DNA of 33,542 nucleotides from Opitutia bacterium (GTDB lineage Bacteria; Verrucomicrobiota; Verrucomicrobiia; Opitutales; JANYEO01): NCBI GenBank assembly GCA_025363025.1, contig JANYEO010000035.1, positions 1 to 33,542 of the forward strand, read 5' to 3'. Shown piece by piece: positions 32,683 to 33,542 of this stretch (position 1 is its first letter; each line of letters starts with the position of its first letter). The notes under the pieces were generated by a model. It saw only the letters and a program-made list of their open reading frames with translations, ran no database searches and was not told where the DNA came from. The position numbers and the translations under genes were made by a program.

Positions 32683-33542
32683 GTGATAAAGCCGTCAAAT
32701 ACTACATTTTGGGATAAATTACCTGCGACTGGCGGGGAGAAACCGCTACAACTCGGCACGCTAGGCGGGCTCACAGCCTTGGCCCCGATGCAGGATGTAA
32801 CGACTCTCCCGTTTATGCGCGTCGTGGCCAACTATGGAGCGCCCGATCTCTTTTTTACTGAATACTTCAGGGTCCATGCGCATTCAACATTAGAGCCGCA
32901 TATTTTAGCCTCTATCACGGAAAATAAGACCGGGAGGCCCATTTTTGCCCAAATGATTGGGGAACATTTGCCGGATTTAACCCGCACAGTAGAAGACTTA
33001 CTGAAGCACCCTATTGCTGGGATAGACCTTAACATGGGCTGCCCAGCCCCCCGCGTCTATAAAAAGAATGTAGGCGGCGGGCTACTCAGAGAAGTAGACC
33101 AAGTCGATAAACTCCTAGGGGCACTTAGAGCGGCCATCCCGGGGCTCTTTACGGTTAAAATGCGGGTGGGCTTTGATAACTGGGAACAATTCCCCGACTT
33201 ACTCGCCTGTGTGGCCCGACACAAGGTGGACCTCCTTAGCGTGCATGGGCGAACGGTGAAAGAGCTTTACCGTAGTGAAGTCCACTACGATTTAATTGCA
33301 CAGGCGGTAAAGAGCGTCCCCTGCCCTGTTTTAGCAAATGGGAACATTACCTCTGCAGATAAAGCCCTATGGACCCTGAATGAAACGCAGGCAGCCGGCG
33401 TCATGATTGGCCGAAGCGCCATCCGCAACCCGTGGATCTTCCGCCAATGCCGGGAGCATTTAGCCGGAGAGGCTGTTTTCCAGCCCACGCTTAGAGATGT
33501 ATATGAATACATTGAAGCGCTGCAAGCGGCCTTGGTAGACCC
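32683..33542 (+). CDS. dus: tRNA-dihydrouridine synthase (Dus family), 3' end runs off the window; start uncertain (GTG 32683 or ATG 32788)
   Basis: Hand translation gives LAPMQDVTTLPFMRVVANYGAPDLFFTEYFRV...IAGIDLNMGCPAPRVYKKNVGGGLL...VKMRVGFD...LSVHGRTVKELY...ANGNI...GVMIGRSAIRNPWIF. No stop before the window end. Confidence 0.85.
   Translation, partial: MIKPSNTTFWDKLPATGGEKPLQLGTLGGLTALAPMQDVTTLPFMRVVANYGAPDLFFTEYFRVHAHSTLEPHILASITENKTGRPIFAQMIGEHLPDLTRTVEDLLKHPIAGIDLNMGCPAPRVYKKNVGGGLLREVDQVDKLLGALRAAIPGLFTVKMRVGFDNWEQFPDLLACVARHKVDLLSVHGRTVKELYRSEVHYDLIAQAVKSVPCPVLANGNITSADKALWTLNETQAAGVMIGRSAIRNPWIFRQCREHLAGEAVFQPTLRDVYEYIEALQAALVD

Noticed and set aside
1-33542. tRNA, rRNA, tmRNA or other classical RNA genes, and integrase or transposase genes
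   Set aside because: Scanning the intergenic regions by eye found no cloverleaf-like or rRNA-like segments and no recombinase-like ORF. I cannot exclude small ncRNAs without covariance-model searches.

Overview
All calls rest on motif reading and hand translation; no database search was possible. The window is 33.5 kb of bacterial chromosome with mixed housekeeping and accessory content. It probably comes from a host-associated bacterium, and a PVC or Chlamydia-like background is only an inference (basis in finding 23783-26535). Housekeeping genes are rarA (partial), transketolase, prfB with its +1 programmed frameshift, a DUF151 nuclease and a Dus tRNA-dihydrouridine synthase (partial). Accessory content: (1) A 10.6-kb co-directional phage-like operon at 11286-21858. 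It has a Mu-type head and packaging module: TerL, DUF935 portal, gpI protease, DUF2190 protein, major capsid and DUF1320 adaptor. I see no sheath, tube, tape measure, integrase or replication genes, and terL is frameshifted at a homopolymer. (2) A non-flagellar T3SS minicluster in the order sctD, yscE-like, sctF needle, TPR chaperone, followed by an OTU deubiquitinase-like protein with UIM and PxxP motifs. (3) Two AT-rich secreted proteins flanking prfB, one carrying two UIMs. (4) Two tandem short flagellins next to an HDOD protein. (5) A cysteine-rich outer-membrane beta-barrel, a surface-type protein with an N-terminal LENRSLLAA motif, and a membrane-anchored ASKHA phosphatase with CD39-like motifs. 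(6) At least ten copies of two related long palindromic intergenic repeat families that keep hairpin potential through compensatory changes. The best candidates for something undescribed are the tail-poor capsid operon (GTA-like or satellite-like), the ubiquitin-targeting effector set beside the T3SS genes, and the structured repeat families.
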